From positions 1 through 64,000 of the IMG/VR virus record IMGVR_UViG_3300032265_001314: a stretch of 64,000 nucleotides of DNA. One strand, 5' to 3'. The notes under the pieces were generated by a model. The model saw only the letters and a list, made by a program, of their open reading frames with translations. It was not told the DNA's origin and did no database searches. The DNA comes from a virus. Both the position numbers and the translations under genes were made by a program. Numbering within the stretch: position 1 is the stretch's first letter; each line of letters begins with the position of its first letter. Shown one piece after another: positions 55,872 through 64,000 of the stretch.

Positions 55872-56479
55872 AGTTCTTCTCCTTGGGTCAGCATAGACTT
55901 CTTAACTACCTTGTGTAGACCAGGATTGACCTTCAACATATTAGGTACTAAGAACAAACGGATGAAAGTGCGAGTAAACTTGGTGTTGGGATCGCTGTTG
56001 CTTGGATCTTCTAACCAAGGTACATCGTGCTGTGTAGCCCATTTAACTAGCTCTTCCTTTCGATTCAATCTAAAAGGACGGATTACATTGCTATGTCTAT
56101 AGGGTATTGGTCTAGGATGTTCTCCATTGCAAGCTGTAAATGCCCATTGCTCAACACAATCATCTAGATGATGTGACATCACGATCTGCTGTTCTTGCGA
56201 CTTAAAAAACGCATAGCGTTCGTCACGCCAATACTCTTCCCAGCTCTTGTTTTTGGGCTTTTGGGATTGTAGGAAATGTATATCATAAGGGAGCTGGTGT
56301 TTATGACAATAGTCAACAACTAGAGACATGGCTTCGTTGCCGTATGCTGTGCCGTGGTTGACATGATATACACGAACCTTGTGCCTACGCCGTAGAAAAT
56401 CGAGAGCTGCCATGCTATCAACCCCTCCACTTACTGCTACGCCTACTTCTTGCGGGATAGTGCCTTGTACTTTGATCAT
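55868..56479 (-). CDS. tilS: tRNA(Ile)-lysidine synthase, catalytic domain only
   Basis: AVSGGVDSM PP-loop, HVNHG, RDERYAF, HHLDD, IRP, EDPSN. Confidence 0.85.
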   Translation of the reverse strand: MIKVQGTIPQEVGVAVSGGVDSMAALDFLRRRHKVRVYHVNHGTAYGNEAMSLVVDYCHKHQLPYDIHFLQSQKPKNKSWEEYWRDERYAFFKSQEQQIVMSHHLDDCVEQWAFTACNGEHPRPIPYRHSNVIRPFRLNRKEELVKWATQHDVPWLEDPSNSDPNTKFTRTFIRLFLVPNMLKVNPGLHKVVKKSMLTQGEEL

Positions 56480-56547
56480 TATCTCACCTTATTATATTAT
56501 ATATTAACATAAAAAATTTAATGCGTCAAGTGGTATATAAATATCAA

Positions 56548-57609
56548 ATGCAAAACAAGTTCTGTAGAGTGTTATCTAACGCATTAAGTTTCAGGGTACC
56601 GGGAGATACAGGAAAATTATCCTTTAATCCCTGTTGTCTATATGATGATTACATCGAATTCAATTATGAAAATTTTAAGGATGAAAGACTCAAATATACA
56701 ACTGCTACTGATTTCCTCCCAGGTTGTAGTAAATGTAAATTGAAAGAAATTACGCACGGAAGCAGTATGAGAACAGATGCTTTTGAACGTATACCCGGAG
56801 ATATCGGTAATGACATCTATAAATTAGAAGTAGTATTAGATACTACCTGCAATGCTGCTTGTATACAATGTGGACCTATACAAAGTTCTCTATGGAGGAA
56901 AGAATTAAAACTACTTGATTTTCCGGAATCTAATGTCAAAAAAGAATTAGATAGATTGAAAGTATTAATCGATATAGATAAAGTAAAAGATTTTCATTTT
57001 TGGGGAGGAGAACCATTAGCAACCAATACACACTTAGATATGATAAGAGAAATAAAAGATCCTAGCACAGTGACACTGAGATATGCTACTAATGGCAGTA
57101 TCTTTCCAGATGAAGAGCTATGGAATCTTTACTCTAAGTTCCATAAGGTAACTTTTAATATCAGCATAGACGGTATAGGTGATCAGTTCCACTATATGAG
57201 ATGGCCATTAGAATGGAAAAAAGTATCTAAGAATCTTCTTAGGTTTAAGAATGAATGCTCTGACAACACCCGATTGTTTATAAATTACTGTGTGGTTCCG
57301 CTGAACAGCTTTTACGTTTTAGAAATGGAAGAATGGTTAGATGCGAATGCTAAGATATCGCATAATAATAAACCTATAGAATTAAGCTACATACGAGGAG
57401 AAGGTACTCTAAATATTTCAAACACACCGATGGCTCTTAGAGAAAAGGTTTGGTCAACCCTAGGAGAAAATCATACAGTAAGTAATATATTAAGAGAAGT
57501 TCCAGTCAATGATCATAGACATATGGTTAACTATCTAGATCATTGGGATAAGGTCAGGAAGTTAGAATGGCGATCGATATTTCCAGAAGTTGGAAAATTT
57601 TATGATTGA
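56548..57609 (+). CDS. Radical SAM protein
   Basis: CNAACIQC, GGEP, TNGS, SIDG; start MQNKFC 4 nt after TATAAATA; paralog of 61079..62167. Confidence 0.85.
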   Translation: MQNKFCRVLSNALSFRVPGDTGKLSFNPCCLYDDYIEFNYENFKDERLKYTTATDFLPGCSKCKLKEITHGSSMRTDAFERIPGDIGNDIYKLEVVLDTTCNAACIQCGPIQSSLWRKELKLLDFPESNVKKELDRLKVLIDIDKVKDFHFWGGEPLATNTHLDMIREIKDPSTVTLRYATNGSIFPDEELWNLYSKFHKVTFNISIDGIGDQFHYMRWPLEWKKVSKNLLRFKNECSDNTRLFINYCVVPLNSFYVLEMEEWLDANAKISHNNKPIELSYIRGEGTLNISNTPMALREKVWSTLGENHTVSNILREVPVNDHRHMVNYLDHWDKVRKLEWRSIFPEVGKFYD

Positions 57610-57611
57610 AC

Positions 57612-58736
57612 TTACAGTTTATAAAATCTCGTTGTGCTTATGCTTTTGAAACCTTTGGCTATGTTGCCACCTATTAAAGATCTCTCATTAATGTTTTTTC
57701 CTAGATAGTCTATCATTTCTATATATTTTCCTTTGTTCCTCTCATCTATATTTTCCCAAAACCAAGATTCTTTTTCTCTTATCAGCTTAACACCTCCCTT
57801 TTTAGTTTGGAATATAGGGTGTGTATGTGAGGGGTATATGATAGGATGAAGCACATCTCTAAAATTCTCTATATGAGAACTTCTTATCTTTGATAACATA
57901 GTCCTAGTATAAACATCTAATTGTGCTACTCGCTTTACTTCTTGGGCTTGTTTGACAACGATCTCTGGCAGATCGGGAGTCCAATAAAAGAATTCAGTAT
58001 CATACGATCCCTGCATATTCTTCCTAGTAAACTCAGGCATGGGTTGATGATAGGCATTACTATCAGTAAAGAAACTGTAATAATCAGTTCCGTCAAAATG
58101 AACTAACGGCTTGTCTACTCCTAGTATATGAGCTACCTTTTTACCTTTATCTACTAGTTCCTGAGTGTCGCGATCATTGTAATATGCCGACTTGCATACC
58201 ATCCTGACATTTGGCTCTAGACCTAGAGATATATCTTCTGGAGTTTGTGCCTTATTGACGATATCAAATGTAGGTGTTGAGATATCAACAAACCTTATCT
58301 TGGTATTTGGATGTAATAGATTTTTATATTTCTGTAGATGCGGCACTGCTTCGAAATCAATTTCTCCATATTGATTCCTGGGATCTCTGTCAGTACCGTT
58401 TAGATTCTTTCTGTCTAATCCAGGCACACTCATAGATATCTCGTCTAGGAATATATCATTATCAATAAAACTATGCAATACGTTTGTGCTATCAGCACCG
58501 CCGCTAAATTGTAAGAGGAGATAATCATATTTCTCTCTCAGCTGTTTAGCCCGCAACCTGTATAATTCCTTTAAGGGAACCTCGATAGGTACGGTCCAAT
58601 CTATAGCACCATATAATTTATCATTAAATATCCATTCTAGACTGTATCCAGTACGTTTCTCTTCTAGCATAGCTTCGATAGTATTATGGAATCTACGGAA
58701 ACCAGTTTGATAATATCCTATTTTTTCGTTAATCAT
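57612..58736 (-). CDS. PP-loop (adenine nucleotide alpha-hydrolase) enzyme
   Basis: LQFSGGADSTNVL. Confidence 0.65.
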   Translation of the reverse strand: MINEKIGYYQTGFRRFHNTIEAMLEEKRTGYSLEWIFNDKLYGAIDWTVPIEVPLKELYRLRAKQLREKYDYLLLQFSGGADSTNVLHSFIDNDIFLDEISMSVPGLDRKNLNGTDRDPRNQYGEIDFEAVPHLQKYKNLLHPNTKIRFVDISTPTFDIVNKAQTPEDISLGLEPNVRMVCKSAYYNDRDTQELVDKGKKVAHILGVDKPLVHFDGTDYYSFFTDSNAYHQPMPEFTRKNMQGSYDTEFFYWTPDLPEIVVKQAQEVKRVAQLDVYTRTMLSKIRSSHIENFRDVLHPIIYPSHTHPIFQTKKGGVKLIREKESWFWENIDERNKGKYIEMIDYLGKNINERSLIGGNIAKGFKSISTTRFYKL

Positions 58737-59959
58737 TTGTCCTCAATCTTTTGAAGTGTTTCTGCAAATCTAGTTTCTGCTCTAGATATATAAAAATCAT
58801 ACAGATTTTTCTTAGCAAAAGCTAAATTATAATCAAACCTGTGCCTGCTATTAATCCATAATTGTTTTGTTCTTTCAACGTCTGTTAACAATAAAAGATT
58901 ATCAGTTATCGCTTTATACATACGATCTATGGGGTTTTTTATTAAATCATAGCTGTGATCTATTATATCATCAAATACGTCTATACCTATGTCTCTTAGG
59001 AATTTAACAGATCCATTGCTAGAAATCATTATTGGAAAGTTGTATGCGTAGATGCTGTTCAGCGTTTTTTCAGTTATGTTAAAAGCAGGTTCGGTATACG
59101 AAGTCTCGCCTATCAATTCAACAAATGATTGCTTATAATATGCAGACAAGCTGTTCTTAAAATTACTCACATTATCATTGTGTGATAATCCGTATATATC
59201 TTTACTATCATTTATAAAAAGTTTACTGCGTTTGAATCTCTTAAATCCATTCTCAAATAAATCTCTTATTTCTGTTTGATCCTCAGTAAATTGCCAATTT
59301 GTTGTTTTAAGTAGATTTTTAATCTCTTTTTGGAACATACAAGATATCATTCCATTTTTCTCTAATCTTAATCCATATAGTAGAGAAACCAACATAGCCC
59401 TCGGATGTCTTAATCCTCTGTTCAAACAGACAAAGCTGTATGGGCTATTCATATCTTTTTCTGTTATGGGATCTAATGCTTTATATTCTAGCATCTGATT
59501 TGTTATATCGCCACCCCACGGAATTATATGTAGATTGGGATAGTCATCGTAGTATTGTTCGATATTTTCTAGACTCGTAAAGAAAATAAATTGTTTATCA
59601 TCAAACATTTTAAAAAGATATCCTAAATTTTTTGCCATATCAGGAATCTTATCAACCCAAGGATTAAACTGTGACGAAGTTAAATGATCTTTGATTCCAA
59701 CCATCACTAAATCATTTTTAATTTCATTTAAAATTTGATTTCGAAATTCCATTTCAGGATGCTCAATAATATGTTGATTGTATCTTTCTTGACCATATTC
59801 GTCTATATCATACCAATTATTGGGTTCGTAATGAATAAAATTAGGATTAAGTATTGCACTCCAAATATATAATTTATCGTGTGGAATCTTTATTTGACTA
59901 GCAAATTTAAGAAATAACCTCATGGTAAAATTGTCATTTGGTGGTCGATGTACAAACAT
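58733..59959 (-). CDS. Glycosyltransferase-like protein
   Basis: FVCLNR...R; ELIGET...ITEKT...P...LRDIG.DVFDDIIDHSYD resembles a GT-B C-terminal signature. Confidence 0.45.
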   Translation of the reverse strand: MFVHRPPNDNFTMRLFLKFASQIKIPHDKLYIWSAILNPNFIHYEPNNWYDIDEYGQERYNQHIIEHPEMEFRNQILNEIKNDLVMVGIKDHLTSSQFNPWVDKIPDMAKNLGYLFKMFDDKQFIFFTSLENIEQYYDDYPNLHIIPWGGDITNQMLEYKALDPITEKDMNSPYSFVCLNRGLRHPRAMLVSLLYGLRLEKNGMISCMFQKEIKNLLKTTNWQFTEDQTEIRDLFENGFKRFKRSKLFINDSKDIYGLSHNDNVSNFKNSLSAYYKQSFVELIGETSYTEPAFNITEKTLNSIYAYNFPIMISSNGSVKFLRDIGIDVFDDIIDHSYDLIKNPIDRMYKAITDNLLLLTDVERTKQLWINSRHRFDYNLAFAKKNLYDFYISRAETRFAETLQKIEDK

Positions 59960-59969
59960 TAATAGTGCT

Positions 59970-60224
59970 TCACCCAGGATTTTGATTTATATAATCATTT
60001 ACCTCTTCGTCTAATCGATCAAAACAAGAAGTGGCAAAATGTCCAATAATAATTGCCGATGGAATGAGTATTGATTTATCTTCTAATCCTAAAGACCATA
60101 GTATATAATATACAGAAAAGATGAATGGAATTTTGTGAAAGATAAAAATACCTATAAGCCATAATAAGAAATTTGGTTTAGTATCAGCATCCGCTCTCTT
60201 CTGTATCTTTTTTTCTTTTTCCAT
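59970..60224 (-). CDS. Small membrane protein
   Basis: Hydrophobic segments. Confidence 0.5.
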   Translation of the reverse strand: MEKEKKIQKRADADTKPNFLLWLIGIFIFHKIPFIFSVYYILWSLGLEDKSILIPSAIIIGHFATSCFDRLDEEVNDYINQNPG

Positions 60225-60537
60225 ATTTGATAAGCTCCGTTAATTTCTTATTGCGATAGTCTTGCTCTGCTCTAGCGATTTTTTTATCATCCACTAAACG
60301 AAGCATTGAAAAGTACTCTTTGGCTTTGGACCAACCCAAAAGGAAACTTCTTAGCTCTTCTGCTGTACCGCGGGCTAATTCTATATTGCGTGTGTATACA
60401 GGTAAGGAATCATCTTTTGCTATCAATGCTAATGAGGGTGTACCAAATACTTCACTAGACTGTAGCTCAAAACCTTGATGGAGACAGAATGTTTCGAGCT
60501 CTTTTAAAACCCGGTAGTGGACGGCTGTAGTAGTCAT
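60184..60537 (-). CDS. Hypothetical protein
   Basis: GAGGAG SD and sigma70-like promoter upstream. Confidence 0.65.
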   Translation of the reverse strand: MTTTAVHYRVLKELETFCLHQGFELQSSEVFGTPSLALIAKDDSLPVYTRNIELARGTAEELRSFLLGWSKAKEYFSMLRLVDDKKIARAEQDYRNKKLTELIKYGKRKKDTEESGC

Positions 60538-60584
60538 ACTAGTGCTCCTCTGTATTATTTAATATAACACATTACTAAATAGTG

Positions 60585-60683
60585 TCAATACAAATAAGGG
60601 ATAAGGCATAGCATAATACCCACTGTAACTGCCATCCAGTTGATGGCCAATAGCACGAATAGAGTCTTTATAAAATTTATCAT
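60585..60683 (-). CDS. 32-aa single-TM peptide (not in ORF track)
   Basis: MINFIKTLFVLLAINWMAVTVGIMLCLIPYLY; promoter immediately upstream. Confidence 0.45.
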   Translation of the reverse strand: MINFIKTLFVLLAINWMAVTVGIMLCLIPYLY

Positions 60684-60723
60684 ATTTTAGTTATAACACT
60701 AATCAGATCAGCAGTCAAGCAAA

Positions 60724-60735
60724 AGACCCCGCTGT
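60724..60735. repeat. 12-mer AGACCCCGCTGT, copy 3 (intergenic)
   Basis: Exact match. Confidence 0.85.
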
Positions 60736-60739
60736 AGTA

Positions 60740-61060
60740 TTATCTAGATCCCGACACTTTAGAATTGGCAGCAACGGCACCTTGATAAATCCTTTGCGCT
60801 TTTGACATCAGCTTGTCGGTTAGTGTTGGTGGTTTATATTCTGGATCAGTTAGCTGTTGGACGAACGCATTTCCGAATGTAGCAAGAGGATTTGGAGTCT
60901 TGGGGTCGTCTACATCATCAGGACTATTTGGATTCTTCAGAGGTTTTTTATTTTGGTAGCGAGAGTTATATTTGTCCACGGCACGTTGCAGATAAGCGGC
61001 TTTATGCAGCTTATCTGGATCAATATCGTAATACTCTTCTGTAAACTCTTTAGCTCTCAT
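60740..61060 (-). CDS. Putative internal virion protein
   Basis: N-terminus MRAKEFTEE; TAAATA 5 nt upstream. Confidence 0.55.
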   Translation of the reverse strand: MRAKEFTEEYYDIDPDKLHKAAYLQRAVDKYNSRYQNKKPLKNPNSPDDVDDPKTPNPLATFGNAFVQQLTDPEYKPPTLTDKLMSKAQRIYQGAVAANSKVSGSR

Positions 61061-61078
61061 AGCTGTATTTATCCTGCT

Positions 61079-62167
61079 TTAAATTTTAAAGTGTTCTACT
61101 ATCTCTGGGAATATCTTCTTCCAGTCCAGCTTACGGGCTGCATCGTGATATTCTATATACTGCATAAATTTAGCATATTCCGTTGGATCAAATTTATCCA
61201 TTAATCTCGATTCATAAGATTCAATTCCATATTTTTCTATTATCGCTTGCTGTAGTGTAGGAGGAATGCATCTTAGATTCATTATTCCAGTCGCCGCATG
61301 ACCTTTCTTAAACCAAAATTTAGGTTTTACAGAAGGTATATCTTTTAGGAAATCGCAAACCCATTCGTTATATTCTTTTATATAGAATATATTAAATGGA
61401 TTCACTGTGAAACTGATACTGAAATTTTTGTTATCAGTTTTTAAATTTGTAAATTTCCATAAATTTTCCTTTACTTGATTCCATTGGAGAGGCCATCTTA
61501 TATAATTAAAATGATCACCTGTACCATCTATACTAAAATTTATTTTGATGCCTTTGAAAGAAAGCAAAAGATCCAGGGTAGGTTGATCAGGAAATATACT
61601 ACCATTAGTGATATAATTTATTATTATATCTTGTGGGTTCTTGATGTTCTTAAGTATCTCTGTATGTGTATTAGTCTTGAAAGGTTCTCCACCAAAGAAA
61701 TTTATAATTTTAACTTTATCAAAATCAATGAGATCATTGATAGCAGCAATAGCATTGGTCAAATTAACACGAGGCGGGGCCGCTGTTAAACCACCCAAGG
61801 TCTTTTGATTATACTCTCGCCAAGTAGTACTTGTCCAAGGGCCACACATTATACAAGCTGCATTACAAGTATCATCTATCTGTATTTCTATTTTAGTAGG
61901 ATCTCCAGATTGGATATCAGGATCATTAAATTCAACAAGATCAAATCCTTTTTGCCTTGGAGATATAATACCTTTCTTTTCGACATTATAACAGTAAGAA
62001 CACTCAGGTATCCAATCAGTTACTTCAGCTAGCCGAGCCTTTTGCTCTTGTACAGCCTGTTTATCAAACACGCTAATATCTGTGTTTTTAATCCAACAGC
62101 ATGATTTGACCTTATCAAAGTTGAAGTTGTATTGATTGGATAAAAAGACGCAAAAAGTATTTTTCAT
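61079..62167 (-). CDS. Radical SAM protein
   Basis: CNAACIMC, GGEP, TNGSIFPD, SIDGTGDHFNYIRWPL. Confidence 0.85.
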   Translation of the reverse strand: MKNTFCVFLSNQYNFNFDKVKSCCWIKNTDISVFDKQAVQEQKARLAEVTDWIPECSYCYNVEKKGIISPRQKGFDLVEFNDPDIQSGDPTKIEIQIDDTCNAACIMCGPWTSTTWREYNQKTLGGLTAAPPRVNLTNAIAAINDLIDFDKVKIINFFGGEPFKTNTHTEILKNIKNPQDIIINYITNGSIFPDQPTLDLLLSFKGIKINFSIDGTGDHFNYIRWPLQWNQVKENLWKFTNLKTDNKNFSISFTVNPFNIFYIKEYNEWVCDFLKDIPSVKPKFWFKKGHAATGIMNLRCIPPTLQQAIIEKYGIESYESRLMDKFDPTEYAKFMQYIEYHDAARKLDWKKIFPEIVEHFKI

Positions 62168-62188
62168 ACGGATATTTATTGATAAAAA

Positions 62189-62265
62189 TGGCGACCTCGG
62201 AGCGATTCGAACGCCCGACCCAGGGAGTAGAAATCCCTTGCTCTATCCTGCTGAGCTACGAGGCC
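62189..62265 (-). tRNA. tRNA-Arg(TCT)
   Basis: GGCCTCGTAGCTCAGCAGGATAGAGC-AGGGA-TTTCTAC-TCCCT...GTTCGAATC...CGAGGTCGCCA. Confidence 0.95.
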
Positions 62266-62297
62266 ATAATATAATAATAACTAATAAATTAAAAATG

Positions 62298-62873
62298 TCA
62301 ATGGAAATTGAAAAGATAATTTACTCTACTTTTTGCCATATTTTTAAGTTTTTTCATTCCACCAGCAGAGATTCTAAATTGCCAAGAATCATCTCTATCA
62401 ATTATTCGTTCTAGATTTCCAAAAATAGATCCCTTGATATAAGTTGATCTATTTCCTGCTTTGTACTGCTGCCTTATTTTTTCGTAAGCATCTTCGAATT
62501 TTTGTTGGATAAAAGGGTCAGAAAAATCATATATCTCAGTATTTGTAACTACAGCAAAATCATCATTATAATCAATATGATATTGTGTTTGTAATTTTTG
62601 ATACAAATGCGTATCTCTGTAAGCTAAACTAATTAATTCCTCTCCATGGATAACACCTACCGTATGGGGACTTGTTGATCCGTTCTTTCTAGATTTGATT
62701 TCGACTTTGAGTGCCGGTATATCAACCCCTTTTCCGTTTGATATTCCAAAACCTTTATTCCTCATTTCTTTTTCAAAATAGCGACCATTATTACCATTAG
62801 ATTGAGAATAGGGGACTTGGTCGCCTACATTTATTGCATTCCTAAGTTTTTTTAGTTTGATTTTTGTGCTCAT
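62298..62873 (-). CDS. Putative PD-(D/E)XK restriction-endonuclease-like protein
   Basis: GRYFEKEM...GVDIPALKVEIKSR. Confidence 0.5.
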   Translation of the reverse strand: MSTKIKLKKLRNAINVGDQVPYSQSNGNNGRYFEKEMRNKGFGISNGKGVDIPALKVEIKSRKNGSTSPHTVGVIHGEELISLAYRDTHLYQKLQTQYHIDYNDDFAVVTNTEIYDFSDPFIQQKFEDAYEKIRQQYKAGNRSTYIKGSIFGNLERIIDRDDSWQFRISAGGMKKLKNMAKSRVNYLFNFH

Positions 62874-62948
62874 TTATAATACTCCGTAGGTATTTTTTAA
62901 TAATAGCATATTATTTATATTGCTCAAATCTTTTTATTATCGCGGAGT

Positions 62949-62960
62949 AGACCCCGCTGT
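62949..62960. repeat. 12-mer AGACCCCGCTGT, copy 4 (intergenic)
   Basis: Exact match; 14-nt identity with copy 1. Confidence 0.85.
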
Positions 62961-62996
62961 GGCTTATTCTATAAGATAGCATCTATCGTGCTAATG

Positions 62997-63845
62997 TCAA
63001 GCTTTTTTCATTTTAACAGCAGGACTCTTAGCAACAGGTGCTGTTACTGGAGCCGGAGGTGCTAGGACTATCTTATATCCGCGTGGGAAGTCAATACCCC
63101 AGCTTCTCATTTCTCTTATCTCAGCCTTCACACCTTCTATATCCTTCGCCGAGATCTCCCACTCAACATTACCTCTATCCATTATATAGAAAATCTGTTC
63201 ACCTGGTTTAGGTTTCTCTGTAGGTAACGGTAAACTTGGTTTGGTATATTTCTCTTTTGTTGCTACGCCTGCAGGTGGAGTTAGTGCTACAGGTTTCGCG
63301 CGACCTACTATCCTCACATTCTCAGGACGGAAACTAATATAACTTAGCTGGCCTTTGTTTTCAACTGCATTCTTATAAACAAATCCATCTATCCCCATCT
63401 TTTCTAATAGATTGATAAATTCACCTATGAATTCTTCTGGACGCATCCATTCTCGCCAATAACCCCTGATGGCATTATTAGCAAACCAATCTAGTGTCCT
63501 CTCATTTTTTTGATATCGATAAGCTGTTGCCCTAGGATCTTTCTTTATGTCCTTTATCCAACTAGCTATCTTTATCATATTTCCTGTGCTGGGATCCTGT
63601 TGATCCACATAGTCTTTAACTGTCACTGGATTGTTTATACCTAGATCTAGTTTATATAGGTAGCCTGTAGTGATACCTTTAAAGCGTGGATCTTCTGCTG
63701 TTAGATAATCTAATCGCTCTTTTGCTGCTTGCTCAGATCCAAAATGGCTGAAAGGTTTAAACTTGCCAATACGTGGGCGGAAACTGCCGTGGAAAGCTGC
63801 TACTTCATCTAATACTGATTCGGATATGATCTCATGGAATTTCAT
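62997..63845 (-). CDS. ADP-ribosyltransferase-like (ART-PolyVal-type) putative virion protein
   Basis: AFHGS, SHFGS..AA, LYKLDLGINNP, GIDGFVYKN, YISFRPENVR; N-terminus MKFHEIISE; TAAATA 4 nt upstream. Confidence 0.6.
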   Translation of the reverse strand: MKFHEIISESVLDEVAAFHGSFRPRIGKFKPFSHFGSEQAAKERLDYLTAEDPRFKGITTGYLYKLDLGINNPVTVKDYVDQQDPSTGNMIKIASWIKDIKKDPRATAYRYQKNERTLDWFANNAIRGYWREWMRPEEFIGEFINLLEKMGIDGFVYKNAVENKGQLSYISFRPENVRIVGRAKPVALTPPAGVATKEKYTKPSLPLPTEKPKPGEQIFYIMDRGNVEWEISAKDIEGVKAEIREMRSWGIDFPRGYKIVLAPPAPVTAPVAKSPAVKMKKA

Positions 63846-64000
63846 ACAGTATTTATAGTTGGTGTTTTAATTAGCGATATAGTTTATTATAGACCTCGAC
63901 TATAGATCTCCGTATATCTTCGATATTGTTAGGCATAGTAGTTTTTACATAATCTCTAGGTGGTATGAGTCCCAGAGATTCATAGGAAACTACTAAATCA

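Noticed and set aside
1-64000. Genome-wide TAG reassignment (code 15-like)
   Set aside because: Long conserved genes are intact in code 11, several genes end at TAG at their natural C-termini, and only one in-frame TAG was found

Overview
A 64-kb segment of a large, AT-rich, T4-like (myovirus/jumbo-type) lytic bacteriophage genome, with most genes on the minus strand. The host is probably an alphaproteobacterium, inferred from the circularly permuted two-piece tmRNA, a plcP/agt-like gene pair and a 17-kDa-antigen-type lipoprotein. Contents: a two-piece tmRNA (tag ANDNVATYEMALAA); tRNA-Pro, -Ala and -Arg; an atypical amber (CUA) tRNA; class Ia ribonucleotide reductase (nrdA, nrdB, glutaredoxin); PAAR, tail and peptidoglycan-hydrolase genes; putative head/internal proteins; a curli-type CsgF/CsgG/curlin + FecR + CHASE2 adenylate cyclase module; RNA-repair genes; TilS; YhhQ; radical SAM enzymes; and many small paralogous genes. 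Main observations: (1) a 72-nt CUA tRNA with tRNA-Pyl-like dimensions lies about 860 bp upstream of a gene with a strong RBS and ATG-GCC-TAG, i.e. an in-frame amber at codon 3; (2) putative virion polyproteins are built of modules delimited by hydrophobic-x-Glu sites, including Gly-zipper peptides and duplicated His/Cys modules; (3) the 12-mer AGACCCCGCTGT occurs four times in one orientation, twice inside genes in different reading frames; (4) late genes often start 4-5 nt after a TAAATA box with no SD; (5) the C-terminal LRW codons of the FLLRW paralog family double as RBS or start codon of the next gene. All calls were made by eye from motifs; no database searches were run.
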